The notes under the pieces are model-generated. The model was given only the letters and a program-made list of their open reading frames with translations, did not search any database and had not been told where the DNA came from. Below are positions 27,953-38,177 of a DNA stretch of 64,000 bases, piece by piece. The position numbers and the translations under genes were made by a program. Numbering within the stretch: position 1 is the stretch's first letter; each line of letters opens with the position of its first letter. Source of the stretch: a virus; the IMG/VR virus record IMGVR_UViG_3300018428_005148, positions 1 through 64,000 of that record; one strand, given 5' to 3'.

Positions 27953-29075
27953 TTCAAGTTACTGCACTTTCATAGAAAAGGGAATCTTTGTGTCGCACAG
28001 GGGAACAGGTTTCTGCTGTGTCAGTGGCTGGCACCAAAAGGACGTATTACCTAGTGAGTTTTGGCATGGGAACGTGCGGAAAGATGAAATGTCAAAAATG
28101 GAAGCACAAAAAAAAGTGCGTGGCTGTGACACTTGTTACATAAGTGAAAAAAATCGGGTGCCCAGCAACAGGATTAGGGCCAACAGTTATCTTAATTTAG
28201 AAACTAAAAAAAATCCTACAATTATAGATCTAGACCTTTCAAATTTCTGTAATCTAAAATGTGTTATGTGTGACAGTTCACGTAGCTCACAGTGGGCAAA
28301 ACATGAGGGCAGAGGTGTGTCTTCCGTTGATAGGTCAGTGATAGATGATGTGTTAAAGATATCAGGATCTGTTGAACTGCTTACCCTCCAGGGAGGTGAA
28401 CCATCGCTGATGCGTGAGTATGAATATTATTTTGACGGGCTTGATGATATGGGAGTGATAGGAAACGTTGATTTACAGGTTATAACCAATGCCACAAACA
28501 TAAACACTAGATTTTTCAGCCTATTGAAAAAATTCAAATCGGTGAGATTGAGTGTAAGTGTTGACGCTTATGGCAGTGCAAATGATTATGTGAGGTGGCC
28601 AAGCAAATTCTCACAAATAACGAAAAATGTTAAAAAAATTCCTGAACTAGAAGGTAATATTAGTGTAGAAATTCTAAACACAATCAACACGCTGTCTATG
28701 TTCAACTATGGACATTTTCTGCAATGGGCCAAAGACATGGAATCTCATTACCAAACAAAAGGCAAGGTTTTCAAGGTGGTTCCAATGAAGATACACAATC
28801 CCGAAGAGTACAGTCCTTTAAATGCACCAACCCCACTCAAGGAGAAATTTGTCAATGATGTGGAAAATTTTATGAAAAATGTACACACCTTTCCTAATTC
28901 TAGCAACTGGAAAACAGAAATGATGCTTTTATCTAAATTATTGTCGAGGACAAAGCCTAAAAAAGCAGTGTTGGACCGCTTGATGTCCACTATACATGAA
29001 CTCAACAGCCAGCGAAATATCACAAATATCTCTGATTTTCTGCCTAATTTTGAATACTACTTCAAAAAAACCTAG
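27936..29075 (+). CDS. Radical SAM protein with an N-terminal Cys-rich (SPASM/twitch-like) region
   Basis: C..CC..C..C N-terminus, SNFCNLKCVMC, GGEP, TN, SVD. Confidence 0.85.
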   Translation: MEKKTNSSYCTFIEKGIFVSHRGTGFCCVSGWHQKDVLPSEFWHGNVRKDEMSKMEAQKKVRGCDTCYISEKNRVPSNRIRANSYLNLETKKNPTIIDLDLSNFCNLKCVMCDSSRSSQWAKHEGRGVSSVDRSVIDDVLKISGSVELLTLQGGEPSLMREYEYYFDGLDDMGVIGNVDLQVITNATNINTRFFSLLKKFKSVRLSVSVDAYGSANDYVRWPSKFSQITKNVKKIPELEGNISVEILNTINTLSMFNYGHFLQWAKDMESHYQTKGKVFKVVPMKIHNPEEYSPLNAPTPLKEKFVNDVENFMKNVHTFPNSSNWKTEMMLLSKLLSRTKPKKAVLDRLMSTIHELNSQRNITNISDFLPNFEYYFKKT

Positions 29076-29097
29076 TAAAATCAACAGTTTACCAAGG

Positions 29098-29125
29098 TTG
29101 ACCACACACACATTTCTGCTATAAT
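29098..29125 (+). promoter_or_regulatory. Sigma70 promoter TTGACC-16-TATAAT with extended TG
   Basis: Upstream of the AAA gene, which has SD AGGAG. Confidence 0.7.
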
Positions 29126-29158
29126 GGTATTATAAACATTTAAACAGGAGTGTACTAA

Positions 29159-30262
29159 ATGGCAAGAGCTAAAAACAAAGAAGCAACAGTAGGTTCACAG
29201 AACAGAACCGTTACGCCTAACGAGGCAAAATCAGCATTAACACATTGTATCAAACTACAGAGACCCATAATGATGTGGGGTGCACCGGGTATTGGTAAGT
29301 CGGACATCGTGAAACAGATCGCGGACCAAGAGAAGCGAGATGTTATCGACATCAGATTACCTCTTTGGGAGCCAACTGACATCAAGGGTATTCCGTACTA
29401 CAATTCAAAGGAGAACAACATGGTATGGGCCGCACCAGCGGAACTGCCAACTGATCCCAAGTCGAACGCGATAGTGTTCTTGGACGAGTTGAACTCGGCG
29501 GCACCTGCGGTACAGGCGGCGGCGTACCAACTTATATTGAACAGAAGGGTTGGACAGTATGTTCTACCAGACGGCGTGTCAATAGTGGCGGCAGGTAATA
29601 GGGACAGTGACAAAGGTGTCACATACAGGATGCCGGCTCCGTTGGCGAACAGATTTGTACACATTGAACTAAGAGTGGACTACGATGACTGGCTACAATG
29701 GGCAACGGACAGAAAGATCCACGCGGACGTTGTGGGTTATTGCACATTCGCAAAACAAGATTTATATGATTTCGATCCCAAGGGAAGTTCGAGATCATTC
29801 GCAACTCCAAGATCATGGAGTTTCGTAAGCCAACTTCTATCAGACGACCTGCCAGAAAGTACGCTCACTGACCTCGTAGCAGGTTGTGTAGGAGAGGGAC
29901 TGGCCGTTAAATTTATGAATCATCGTAAGGTTAGCGGCCAACTTCCAAACCCGTCTGATATATTGAGCGGCAAGGTCCGAGACCTTAAGACTAAAGAAAT
30001 ATCAGCGATGTACTCACTTACTGTATCGTTGTGCTATGAACTACAACAGGCACACGAGAAGAAGGTGAAGGATTGGAACGCACAGGCAGATAGATTCTTC
30101 CACTACATGATGGACAACTTCGAGACTGAGTTGGTTGTTATGGGTGCCAAGATTGCACTGACGAACTACAAACTACCATTCGATCCTAGCAAACTGAAAT
30201 CATTTGATAGGTTCCATAAGAAGTTTGGCAAGTACGTCATAACTGCTATGGAGTCTAAATAA
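29159..30262 (+). CDS. MoxR-like AAA+ ATPase
   Basis: GAPGIGKS, FLDELN, AAGN, PLANRF, TPRSW. Confidence 0.9.
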   Translation: MARAKNKEATVGSQNRTVTPNEAKSALTHCIKLQRPIMMWGAPGIGKSDIVKQIADQEKRDVIDIRLPLWEPTDIKGIPYYNSKENNMVWAAPAELPTDPKSNAIVFLDELNSAAPAVQAAAYQLILNRRVGQYVLPDGVSIVAAGNRDSDKGVTYRMPAPLANRFVHIELRVDYDDWLQWATDRKIHADVVGYCTFAKQDLYDFDPKGSSRSFATPRSWSFVSQLLSDDLPESTLTDLVAGCVGEGLAVKFMNHRKVSGQLPNPSDILSGKVRDLKTKEISAMYSLTVSLCYELQQAHEKKVKDWNAQADRFFHYMMDNFETELVVMGAKIALTNYKLPFDPSKLKSFDRFHKKFGKYVITAMESK

Positions 30263-31494
30263 TGGATTACAGGGAACAGAAGATCGTAGACAAACTGGTG
30301 ACGGCCAGGATCGCACTGCTACTGAAACATCCGTTCTTTGGCAACCTGGCGACAAGGTTGAAACTGGTAAACGCCGATGACTGGTGTCCAACTGCGGGCA
30401 CTGACGGCAGACACTTCTTCTACAACACCAAATTCATAGACTCATTGAACCCTAGAGAAGCAGAGTTCCTGTTTGGACATGAAGTTCTACACAACGTATT
30501 CGAACACATGATGGTGAGGATAGGAAATAGAGATCCACAACTTTGGAACATAGCGGCAGACTATGCTGTGAACCAGATCCTGAAGGATGGCAACATCGGT
30601 GAGATGCCAAAAGGTGAGAAGGGCGAGAACAAGGGCTTCCAAGACGACAAATACAAGGACTGGCCAGCAGAGAGAATATACGATCACCTGTACAAGAACG
30701 CCAAGAAGATAGACATGAGCAAGTTGGGTGAACTTATGGATGAGCACGTTGATTGGGGCAAGGAAGACGGCGAAGGTGGTAGCAAGGGCAAGGGCAAAGA
30801 TGGTGACAAGAAGAGCTCTAAGCCGGTTTACACAAAAGAGGAATTGAAGAAGATCAGAGATGAAGTCAAAGAGGCAATGGTGAGTGCGGCACAATCTACA
30901 GGCGCAGGAAACTTACCAGGTGCCTTACAGAGACTAGTGAAAGACCTTACAGAGCCAAAGATGGACTGGAGAGAGATCTTACAACAACAGATAATGAGCA
31001 CCATAAAGTCTGACTACACTTGGATGAGACCTAGTAGGAAGAGTTGGCACACATCTGCGATACTACCTGGACAGAACAATGACGAGATGATTGACATTTG
31101 TCTGGCCCTAGACGCGAGTGGTTCTATCAGCGATGACCAGTGCAAGGAGTTCTTGACAGAAGTGAAAAACATAATGGACCAGTACAAGGACTTCAGGATA
31201 CATCTTTGGAGTTTCGACACAGCAGTGTTCAATCCCAAAGTGTTCACTCCGGACAACATGGATGAATTGTTAGACTACAAACTTGGTTCAGGTGGCGGTA
31301 CTGAGTTCGAGTGCAACTGGACGTACATGAAGGACGAGGGCATAGAGCCCAAGAAGTTCGTTATGTTCACTGACGGTTGGCCTTGGAACAGTTGGGGTGA
31401 CCCAGACTACTGCGACACTATATTCTTGATCAACAACCCATACGAAAGGAACATTGAGGCACCGTTCGGTCTCACTGTGCAGTACGATGACTAA
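30262..31494 (+). CDS. Metallopeptidase-VWA protein (DUF2201-like)
   Basis: HEVLH, NIAADYAVN, MIDAS DASGS, GGGT, FTDG. Confidence 0.88.
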   Translation: MDYREQKIVDKLVTARIALLLKHPFFGNLATRLKLVNADDWCPTAGTDGRHFFYNTKFIDSLNPREAEFLFGHEVLHNVFEHMMVRIGNRDPQLWNIAADYAVNQILKDGNIGEMPKGEKGENKGFQDDKYKDWPAERIYDHLYKNAKKIDMSKLGELMDEHVDWGKEDGEGGSKGKGKDGDKKSSKPVYTKEELKKIRDEVKEAMVSAAQSTGAGNLPGALQRLVKDLTEPKMDWREILQQQIMSTIKSDYTWMRPSRKSWHTSAILPGQNNDEMIDICLALDASGSISDDQCKEFLTEVKNIMDQYKDFRIHLWSFDTAVFNPKVFTPDNMDELLDYKLGSGGGTEFECNWTYMKDEGIEPKKFVMFTDGWPWNSWGDPDYCDTIFLINNPYERNIEAPFGLTVQYDD

Positions 31495-31576
31495 CGACGA
31501 AAAAGTTTTATACATTTCTACCGCGATCTTTATCTTAGTGATAGTGATTGCAACCGTGAGGTACTATGGTGGATAG
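31487..31576 (+). CDS. 29-aa single-TM peptide (not in ORF track)
   Basis: MTNDEKVLYISTAIFILVIVIATVRYYGG; overlaps the upstream stop. Confidence 0.45.
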   Translation: MTNDEKVLYISTAIFILVIVIATVRYYGG

Positions 31577-31691
31577 GCAACTGATATCACTACTATGGGA
31601 AACATTCAAGGATTGGTTCTTCAATGAAGTATCTATATCTATAATGAGTTTTGGATTATTAGTAATAGCACTATGGAGTTACCTAACATGA
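31566..31691 (+). CDS. 41-aa single-TM peptide (not in ORF track)
   Basis: MVDRQLISLLWETFKDWFFNEVSISIMSFGLLVIALWSYLT; GAGG SD; ATGA-coupled downstream. Confidence 0.45.
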   Translation: MVDRQLISLLWETFKDWFFNEVSISIMSFGLLVIALWSYLT

Positions 31692-32047
31692 TGTTGTTCC
31701 CGAACACTAACCCATACTCGGGCAAACTTGAAAAAGTCAAATGCCTAAGGAACTGGATGATCGATACTGCTACAATTTTATTCGATGACAGCAAGAACGA
31801 CCTGCGGGCTCTACCAAAAACCGTGAGGCTACAAATACTTTTGACTCTCAGTTTCATTTGGAGCACTGCTTTCACAATTTACATATGGGGAACGATGCAG
31901 GTTGACATTTGGTTGGGATGGTTTGGAGGACACTTGGCGATCATATTCGCGTCTTATTACACATTCAAACAGTTCCACGGCAAGGCACACACAATGAAGC
32001 CAGACAAACAGGAACCACCGATGTACGACGATGTTTGGGGTGCCTAA
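31688..32047 (+). CDS. Two-TM membrane protein
   Basis: Hydrophobic segments; start re-assigned by ATGA coupling. Confidence 0.6.
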   Translation: MMLFPNTNPYSGKLEKVKCLRNWMIDTATILFDDSKNDLRALPKTVRLQILLTLSFIWSTAFTIYIWGTMQVDIWLGWFGGHLAIIFASYYTFKQFHGKAHTMKPDKQEPPMYDDVWGA

Positions 32048-32313
32048 TGAAGATAAATCCAAATAATTTCTACGGCAGGGAACTGGACACTTTACCACCA
32101 CACTTCGTAAACACAATTACCAGAGCCAATGACAGTGAAGTTGAGAATATAAGGAAATGGATCTACGAAAACTGTAACGGGCGTTATTCAATTACCAAGG
32201 ATGTAAAGTTCCAGGGTGACCAATCAACATCTGTGACGGTGTTTGGATTTGAAGAGCCGGGTGATCTCACGTTGTTCGCACTGTCTGGCATCGCTCAGAA
32301 GTATTCAAAATAA
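32047..32313 (+). CDS. Hypothetical protein
   Basis: TAATG-coupled start; WIYENC.GRY..GFEEP motif. Confidence 0.65.
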   Translation: MKINPNNFYGRELDTLPPHFVNTITRANDSEVENIRKWIYENCNGRYSITKDVKFQGDQSTSVTVFGFEEPGDLTLFALSGIAQKYSK

Positions 32314-32316
32314 CTA

Positions 32317-32345
32317 TTGCTCACCATAATTAATTTTAGTATAAT
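32317..32345 (+). promoter_or_regulatory. Sigma70 promoter TTGCTC-17-TATAAT
   Basis: Intergenic, followed by SD AAGGAG. Confidence 0.65.
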
Positions 32346-32388
32346 ATGCGTATATTATATTAATTGCAATTAAGGAGAAAATACTAAA

Positions 32389-32703
32389 ATGGCAAACAAG
32401 AAAAAGACATTGAAAAAGCCAGCCAAAGCAACTGCACAACCTCAAGCGGCCGCGCAACCGCAACAGGCACCTGCAGGACAGCAGGCTCCACAACCGGATC
32501 CTACTGCTTTGTCGATTGGCGATTTGAAGAATCTTTCTACCATACTTGATGTGGCATCCACAAGGGGTGCATTCAAAGCCGGTGAAATGGCAGGTGTTGG
32601 ATTTCTTTACAACAAACTACAGGCGTTCTTAGCCAAAGTGGCACCTGAACCAAAGCCTGAAGATAAAAAAGCAGAAGCACCAGCGACTGCGGAAGGAAAA
32701 TAA
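32389..32703 (+). CDS. Hypothetical phage protein
   Basis: LSIGDL..LDVASTRGAFKAGEM..VG.LYNKL motif. Confidence 0.72.
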   Translation: MANKKKTLKKPAKATAQPQAAAQPQQAPAGQQAPQPDPTALSIGDLKNLSTILDVASTRGAFKAGEMAGVGFLYNKLQAFLAKVAPEPKPEDKKAEAPATAEGK

Positions 32704-32704
32704 A

Positions 32705-33274
32705 ATGGCAACACTAATGAATGTAAACAACCAAGCGATGCCAATGGGTGACAACACTGGACAGACTGGTGACGGTCAGACTGGTCCAAAGAGACACTTC
32801 AAACATATCGGAGAACTTGCGGACGAGTCCAAAGCAAAGGTGGTGATCATGTACAGGACAGTGCCTGGCGAACCAGACAACTGTCTAGTGGTTGGGACCA
32901 AGTTCCTACCAGACATTTACCACAACTCACTATTAAAGGCCGTAGAGTCAGATGGCGGACAGGACGCTGACGAGTTCGCGGACTTCGCCAGCAGGCAGAC
33001 ATTCCCGGATGGCACCAACATGTTGGCAATGCTACACAACGACAACTACATCAAGAAGTTCAAGACCAAGGAGATAATGGTCACGTACGGCTCAGGTGAG
33101 GATGGCAAAATCCTTCTGAACAAGTTGAACGAGATGATAGCCAAGGAGCGTGGCGTGAAAGTGGCTGACCTGGCACAGAAAGATGCTGATGCGACAGCAG
33201 AGGGAACAAAGGCGACTAAGAAAAAGGCAACATCTAAAAAGGCAGATGCCAAAGAGACAACCGCCAAAGAATAG
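32705..33274 (+). CDS. Hypothetical phage protein
   Basis: 189 aa; KHIG..YRTVPGEP..CLV motif. Confidence 0.72.
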   Translation: MATLMNVNNQAMPMGDNTGQTGDGQTGPKRHFKHIGELADESKAKVVIMYRTVPGEPDNCLVVGTKFLPDIYHNSLLKAVESDGGQDADEFADFASRQTFPDGTNMLAMLHNDNYIKKFKTKEIMVTYGSGEDGKILLNKLNEMIAKERGVKVADLAQKDADATAEGTKATKKKATSKKADAKETTAKE

Positions 33275-33587
33275 CACTTGGGTACAACTTACGAAAGACT
33301 TCGTAAAAGAATGGCCGGAGGTTCTAGATGGTTTACAACTAAGGAATATGCCGGTCAAGTACCTGATGTATGTTAACCTTGTTTTGAAAAACAACGTCAC
33401 TATACATTACGACATCAGGAAAGAAATCAAGAGGAAAAAACAAGATCAAATCGCAAGGTTTCTCAAAAAAACCATAGAACAAAACTATATCAAAATAAAA
33501 TCAGTAGAATTGAAGTTTGATATTCCTAGATTGAAAAAAGACATGGAATCTAGAACTTCTGGTATTATTTCAAAAATTTTTAGATAA
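33246..33587 (+). CDS. Hypothetical basic protein
   Basis: EWPEVL..MPVKYL motif; last + strand gene before the convergent junction. Confidence 0.6.
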   Translation: MPKRQPPKNSTWVQLTKDFVKEWPEVLDGLQLRNMPVKYLMYVNLVLKNNVTIHYDIRKEIKRKKQDQIARFLKKTIEQNYIKIKSVELKFDIPRLKKDMESRTSGIISKIFR

Positions 33588-34653
33588 TCTTATTGAACTG
33601 GTCAATGACGTGTGATATCTCGTCATCGGTCATCAACGGCCAGCAAGGTAAACTTAGAATGGTTCCAGCAACTGTGTCTGTGTTTCTCAAAAGATCCTTG
33701 TTGTTATAGGCAGGTTGAGCATGACAGCCTAAGGGCCACATGACACCGGTTTCTATGCCTTTCTCTCGCAGTTTTGCAATGACACTGCGTCTGTTTTTGA
33801 CTCTTACCGTGTATTGGTTATAAACATTCTCACACCATTCTGCTGTATGCACCATTGTGTCAGTGTGTAGTTATTTATCGTATATCGAAGCAATACGTCT
33901 CCTGTCTTTGTTATGGCCATCCACTTTTTTGATCATGTGATTAAGCACGTTTGCTTGGACAGAATCTAATCTCTCATTCCATCCTAAAAATTCATGCACG
34001 TATTTGTCAGTGCGTCCATGGTCCCTCGCCATTGATATTTTGTCCACGTAACTTCGACTGCCAACCACTGCGCCGCCGTCGCCAAAACACCACATGTTCT
34101 TTGCAGGATAGAAACTGAAGCAGGTCAGATCATTGTAGGTTCCGTTGATCATATTCTTGTACCTGCCACCAAAACTCTGGGCGGCATCCTGCACTATTGG
34201 AATATCCCCTGCTATGTCCTTGATGGTGTCCCAGTCACAGGTGTGTCCAAAAATATCAACACCAACTATTGCTTTGATATCTTTTGTTGAGCTCAGTAAA
34301 CCTGCAAGGTCGTCAGTGTTTATGGTGTAGTTTTCTGTGTTGCAGTCTGCCCACACAATTTCTAGACCCAACTTACTGGCCATCTCTGGTGTGCTTATGA
34401 AAGTAAAACTAGGTATGACAATCTTGTCTCCGGGTTTGAGTGATAGGCATTCGTATGCCAAAAGCAAGGCACTGGTGCCACTGCTGACACCGACTGCGGG
34501 AGCGCCGCAATAACTACTCAGATTTTTCTCAAACTCTGTGACTTTTGGACCTTTTATAAACCAACTGTTATCGACACAATCCTTAACCGCTTTGTCCAGT
34601 TCCGCTTTTGACTCTTTGTATATCCTATTTAGATTTGCGTAGGGAACTTCCAT
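33580..34653 (-). pseudogene. DegT/DnrJ/EryC1/StrS sugar aminotransferase interrupted by an in-frame TAA (33871-33873)
   Basis: SSGTSAL, DAAQS, SFYPAKN; the C-terminal domain (LSLPCWP.M) continues in the same frame after the stop. Confidence 0.75.
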
Positions 34654-35831
34654 TTCTTCTCCAATTCGTACTTCCAGTCAAGTTTTTTTGCTTTGTATTT
34701 TTTTGCTTCATGTAAAAGTAAAGTTGTTGTGTGATCAAACGCATCAAGGAAACTAACGTCAAATGGTTGTGCTTTGATGCCTGGTCCTTGTAGATGTTTT
34801 TCGACTATATCACTTACACTTGAATTTTTTATGTTGCCAATGATGTAACGATCACTGCCGGGCCTGTCGAGAAAACCTGTCTCGTGATACACATAGAGAT
34901 TACCTAGGCTGTCCAGAGATGTAGCAATCTGAGGCCATCCGTGTTTGTCCATCTGTTCGTGTGTGGCCATTTTGATAGGGCCTGTTGGTTTGCCATGCCT
35001 CACAGAATGTAGTGCATAACCGTAATCAATATGAATGCGTGTGTCTTGTTCAACTTCTAAAAAGATCTTGTGCAACTTAGACCTCTCTTCATCAGATATG
35101 TAATTGTTTGACTGTGAAAAATCTTCTCTTAATGTTACAAATGAAATTTTAAAATCTGATACGCTGTTTACATCATTAATCATCTTGAACACGCTTTTCA
35201 CGTCATCACTATGTCCTGGCAATATAATCCAGTTTACTCCTAGTTTAATTTTACTTCCTGATGACGGAATCATTCTACAGAAGTCCTTTAAATTTTTTAC
35301 CACCACATCAAATGACTTTTTATTCTTGGTCACTCTATAATAACTCTCTTGGTCGAATCCATACAGGCTTACACGCATCACTTCTAAATCTAGAATGCCT
35401 GGTTGTTTTTTCAAGAAATTTTGTGATAGGGCATAGCCGTTGGTGTACATCTGCATTTTGAATCCTTGGCTGTGGCCATAACTTACTATCTTTCCTATGT
35501 GTGGGTTTGTCAACGGCTCCAGCCCTCCACTTATCCTGAATCTGTCTTGCCAAAATTTTCCTTCCTTTGGGTCTTGGTCTATAACCTGTTTGAATACTTC
35601 AAAGCTCTTGTCAATATCCATAGAATTGTATTTGGCATTGTAGTTCCTGCCACAAAACGTGCAGAAGAACTGACAGGTCATTCCAGGATATAATCCAATC
35701 CTGTTTGGATATGCGTAGGTACCTTCAACAGCATGTTCCAATGAGCCGTTTTTCAACAAAGGACTTATTGTGTTGTTCCAATACCTATTGGTTTCAATGC
35801 TATCTTTTTCGTGTCTATAACCTAATCGCAT
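34629..35831 (-). CDS. DesII-like radical SAM NDP-4-amino-sugar deaminase
   Basis: YP..IGLYPGMTCQFFCTFCGR, ISGGLEPLTNP, YTNG, RVSLYG, LREDF, DYGYAL: DesII family pattern. Confidence 0.78.
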   Translation of the reverse strand: MRLGYRHEKDSIETNRYWNNTISPLLKNGSLEHAVEGTYAYPNRIGLYPGMTCQFFCTFCGRNYNAKYNSMDIDKSFEVFKQVIDQDPKEGKFWQDRFRISGGLEPLTNPHIGKIVSYGHSQGFKMQMYTNGYALSQNFLKKQPGILDLEVMRVSLYGFDQESYYRVTKNKKSFDVVVKNLKDFCRMIPSSGSKIKLGVNWIILPGHSDDVKSVFKMINDVNSVSDFKISFVTLREDFSQSNNYISDEERSKLHKIFLEVEQDTRIHIDYGYALHSVRHGKPTGPIKMATHEQMDKHGWPQIATSLDSLGNLYVYHETGFLDRPGSDRYIIGNIKNSSVSDIVEKHLQGPGIKAQPFDVSFLDAFDHTTTLLLHEAKKYKAKKLDWKYELEKKWKFPTQI

Positions 35832-35839
35832 ATACTAGT

Positions 35840-37126
35840 TTAACCATATTTTTTCTCAAAGAAATTTTTTATCCATTCGAAATCATAACTGAGATAAGGA
35901 TTTTCTTTGTTTTCTACAAACTTCATGGCATCCATGGCACCTCTGTGTACCCACTCTGCATTTTTACCTTTGCCCATAGTCGTCCATTTCTTTAACCTGT
36001 AATTTGTCTCTACAGTAATTTTTTGTAATTGAAGTTTTATTACCTCACGGAATGCCGTCCTCCATGCCATTAGTGGTGTCTCGTCAAGTTTATTGATTGC
36101 ACTCAGTATCGGAACACTGGTGCAAGGCTTGGACAATGTAAAATCCAATCCCGGATCTGTTGTTTGTTGTACCAATCTTTTGTTCCAGAGTATGACGCCG
36201 TCATGGCCATAGGTGCAGTCTATGACTTCGTTGTGGCAGTCAAAAATATAGTGGCAAGGATTTCTAAGTCTGTCGGGTTGATAGGAAAAATCAAAATCAT
36301 CACATAAGTCTATCTTAGGAAATACTGCAAAGAAATATCTAGTCTTACTCATTGCGGCGGCGGCCATGTATGCCAGTGTCTGCCCTTTGATTCCTTTTGA
36401 CCATTTGGCCCTGGGAAACCTGTCTTTCAAGGTTTCAAATCTTTTACCGGCACCTGGCTCGTCAAAAGATATGAAGACTATGTCTAAATCATTTACTGGA
36501 TAATCCATTTCAAAATGCACACGTCTAGGAATGTCATAAAACTGTTGTATTTCAAAGCCTCCAGGAACCAACATAATGTCATTGGTCCTGCCCCATGTGT
36601 AAAGTTTCACATCCTCCCAAAAACTTGGATAAAAGTCAGGAACCTTGACATGTTGGATGTCTTTGTTTATAAGCCATCTATAAAAACAATTCTTATCGTA
36701 ACTCGCTAAAGGATCATCGAGGCCGAATGATGTCGTGCCTATGGTTTGTTGGTAAACATCGGGATTGGCATGATAGTTGATGTCTTTGAAATCACGCAGG
36801 TATTTAATTTTATGCATCTGTTGTTTGAAGGCTTCTGTTGGTACCAGCATTATGTTTCCTTCCTCGTTCAACCCTGCCATGGGATGACTTGCGTACCAGA
36901 CATGTATTTGTGAATTTTCATGCTGTTCAGGAATGTAATCTAAATCAAAGTCTTTCGACAAGTCTACAAAGTTTGCAAAAAACCAAAAGTATTCTGTGTT
37001 CACATCTTCGACAACCGCTTTGAGTATTTCAAAGTAACTGCCAACAAAAGGCACTACCCTGGTGTTGGCGAATGGGCTAGGATGGTGCTTTGCGTTTTTA
37101 AATCTTACCTGTACACTGTCAAACAT
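35840..37126 (-). CDS. Glycosyltransferase-like protein
   Basis: C-terminal GT-A-like DIVFISFDEP, YGHDGV.L, AWRTAFRE; paralogous to 48961-49857. Confidence 0.55.
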   Translation of the reverse strand: MFDSVQVRFKNAKHHPSPFANTRVVPFVGSYFEILKAVVEDVNTEYFWFFANFVDLSKDFDLDYIPEQHENSQIHVWYASHPMAGLNEEGNIMLVPTEAFKQQMHKIKYLRDFKDINYHANPDVYQQTIGTTSFGLDDPLASYDKNCFYRWLINKDIQHVKVPDFYPSFWEDVKLYTWGRTNDIMLVPGGFEIQQFYDIPRRVHFEMDYPVNDLDIVFISFDEPGAGKRFETLKDRFPRAKWSKGIKGQTLAYMAAAAMSKTRYFFAVFPKIDLCDDFDFSYQPDRLRNPCHYIFDCHNEVIDCTYGHDGVILWNKRLVQQTTDPGLDFTLSKPCTSVPILSAINKLDETPLMAWRTAFREVIKLQLQKITVETNYRLKKWTTMGKGKNAEWVHRGAMDAMKFVENKENPYLSYDFEWIKNFFEKKYG

Positions 37127-38177
37127 TGTAAAACTTCTTTATTATCTTGCATACAAGGTCTACTTCAGACTTTTTCATAAAAGGATAAATTGGTAGGCTG
37201 AGAGACCGCCTACAAATACTTTCTGCTACTGGATATGAATTCTTAATATCAAGTGTGTGTTCATAGTGTATTTTAGTTTCTACTCCGTTTTCCGCCAAAT
37301 ACCTACGCAGATCATCTCTTTTGTCAACTTGAATGACACACTTGTGATAACTGCTGGTATGTCTTACGTCTGACTCTATAAATGTCAACTGCGGCAAGTT
37401 ATTTTTGTACCTCTCAAATATTTGTTTCCTGTGCTTTTGCAGTCTATCAAAACGAGATAAAAGGAAAAGAAGTTGGTTTGCATGATCGTCTGAAAGTAGA
37501 CTATTGTAACCATAGCTCAGACTGGTTCCGAATCCATGTCGCCTTAGGCTTAACAAAATTTTATAATAATCTTCGTTATCTGTGAGGATCGCTCCACCTC
37601 CACCAAAACTTGGCATGTTCTTCATAGGGTCAAAACTAAAGATACTCAAATCACCTAGTGTTCCAGACTGCTTTTTAAGGTAAGTTGATCCCTGTGATTG
37701 TGCGGCATCTTCAATCAGCACTGTGCCTCTTTTAGAACATATCTTGCTTAGGCTTTCGTATTCGGCAACGTTGCCGTAAAGGTTGACGTAAATCAAAGCC
37801 TTAGGCATACTCATATTGCTTATTTTAAGAGCATCTATGTTGCCTCTGTTGTCCGTGTCTATGTACTCGATGTGAGCCCCTGTCCTTTTTATCGCACCAC
37901 TAGTTGCGACATAACTGAGGGCAGGACAAACCACTGTGTCGTTGTGGGTGACACCTGCACACCTGAGGGCAAAGTATAAACCATCTGTTGCACTTGCAAC
38001 CGCAACTGCATATTTCCTTTTGTATTTTTTTGCAAGTTCTTTTTCAAACTTTTCAAGGTATTGCCCCTGCAACACATTTCCAGTTGCCCATGCCTGCTTT
38101 GCCCTACGTGTCAGCCTCCAACTGTACTCCTTGTACAGCCTGTCGACACCATTAAATTTTATTTTGAAGCCAGTCAT
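37119..38177 (-). CDS. DegT/DnrJ/EryC1/StrS sugar aminotransferase
   Basis: ASATDGL, IEDAAQS, SFDPMKN, LSLPIYP. Confidence 0.9.
   Translation of the reverse strand: MTGFKIKFNGVDRLYKEYSWRLTRRAKQAWATGNVLQGQYLEKFEKELAKKYKRKYAVAVASATDGLYFALRCAGVTHNDTVVCPALSYVATSGAIKRTGAHIEYIDTDNRGNIDALKISNMSMPKALIYVNLYGNVAEYESLSKICSKRGTVLIEDAAQSQGSTYLKKQSGTLGDLSIFSFDPMKNMPSFGGGGAILTDNEDYYKILLSLRRHGFGTSLSYGYNSLLSDDHANQLLFLLSRFDRLQKHRKQIFERYKNNLPQLTFIESDVRHTSSYHKCVIQVDKRDDLRRYLAENGVETKIHYEHTLDIKNSYPVAESICRRSLSLPIYPFMKKSEVDLVCKIIKKFYNV

Noticed and set aside
33871-33873. Stop-codon reassignment (alternative genetic code)
   Set aside because: TAA, TAG and TGA all terminate full-length conserved genes throughout the window; only one internal stop was seen.
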